64,000 nt of DNA from Callorhinchus milii (taxonomy: Eukaryota), in NCBI RefSeq assembly GCF_018977255.1, contig NW_024704752.1, positions 10,850,001-10,914,000 of the forward strand. Reading direction: 5' to 3'. Of this stretch, positions 63,807 to 64,000 are shown in pieces. The notes beneath the pieces are model-generated. The model did no database searches, was not told where the DNA came from, and was given only the letters and a program-made list of their open reading frames with translations. A program made the position numbers and the translations under genes. How positions within the stretch are numbered: position 1 is the first letter of the stretch; each line of letters opens with the position of its first letter.

Positions 63807-64000
63807 CTGCACAGGAAAAGAACCAAGTGTGTGAATAAATCACTTCCCTCTTTATAGCAAAGTGTCATACATCTGTAACATTCCGTGGACTTATCCAAAT
63901 GTTTGTGTTTGATGTGCTTGGAGGGTCTATGAACAGAATGATGCTGGAAAGCAGAGAGAAGGGGCTCCAACTGCTTGAGGTCATCTGGTGTATTTGTTCC

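Overview
Eukaryotic, intron-rich vertebrate DNA with N gaps. The repeat content (DeuSINE/SacSINE1-like elements, a tRNA-Ala-headed SINE with an L2-type tail, L2 and CR1 fragments, a Penelope-type terminal repeat) points to a cartilaginous fish, probably a holocephalan such as elephant shark (inference). Five complete multi-exon genes were reconstructed by hand: allantoinase (+, 11 coding exons, 462 aa), COX18 (-, about 310 aa), AGXT (+, 11 exons, with a 48-aa mitochondrial-type N-terminal extension and a non-canonical C-terminal SKH), SCLY (-, 12 coding exons, 434 aa) and a RING/B-box/coiled-coil/PRY-SPRY TRIM gene (-, 531 aa). The left edge holds a probable non-coding first exon with an RE1/REST site (KIF1A-like by synteny, inferred), and the right edge holds two exons of an unidentified minus-strand gene. 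The most notable items are the allantoinase-AGXT linkage, the apparent loss of peroxisomal targeting in both enzymes, a degenerate minimal hammerhead ribozyme in allantoinase intron 2, covariation between SINE and L2 tails, and low-complexity arrays flanking each CpG-island promoter. Exon coordinates were counted by eye and may be off by a few bases; repeat boundaries are approximate.
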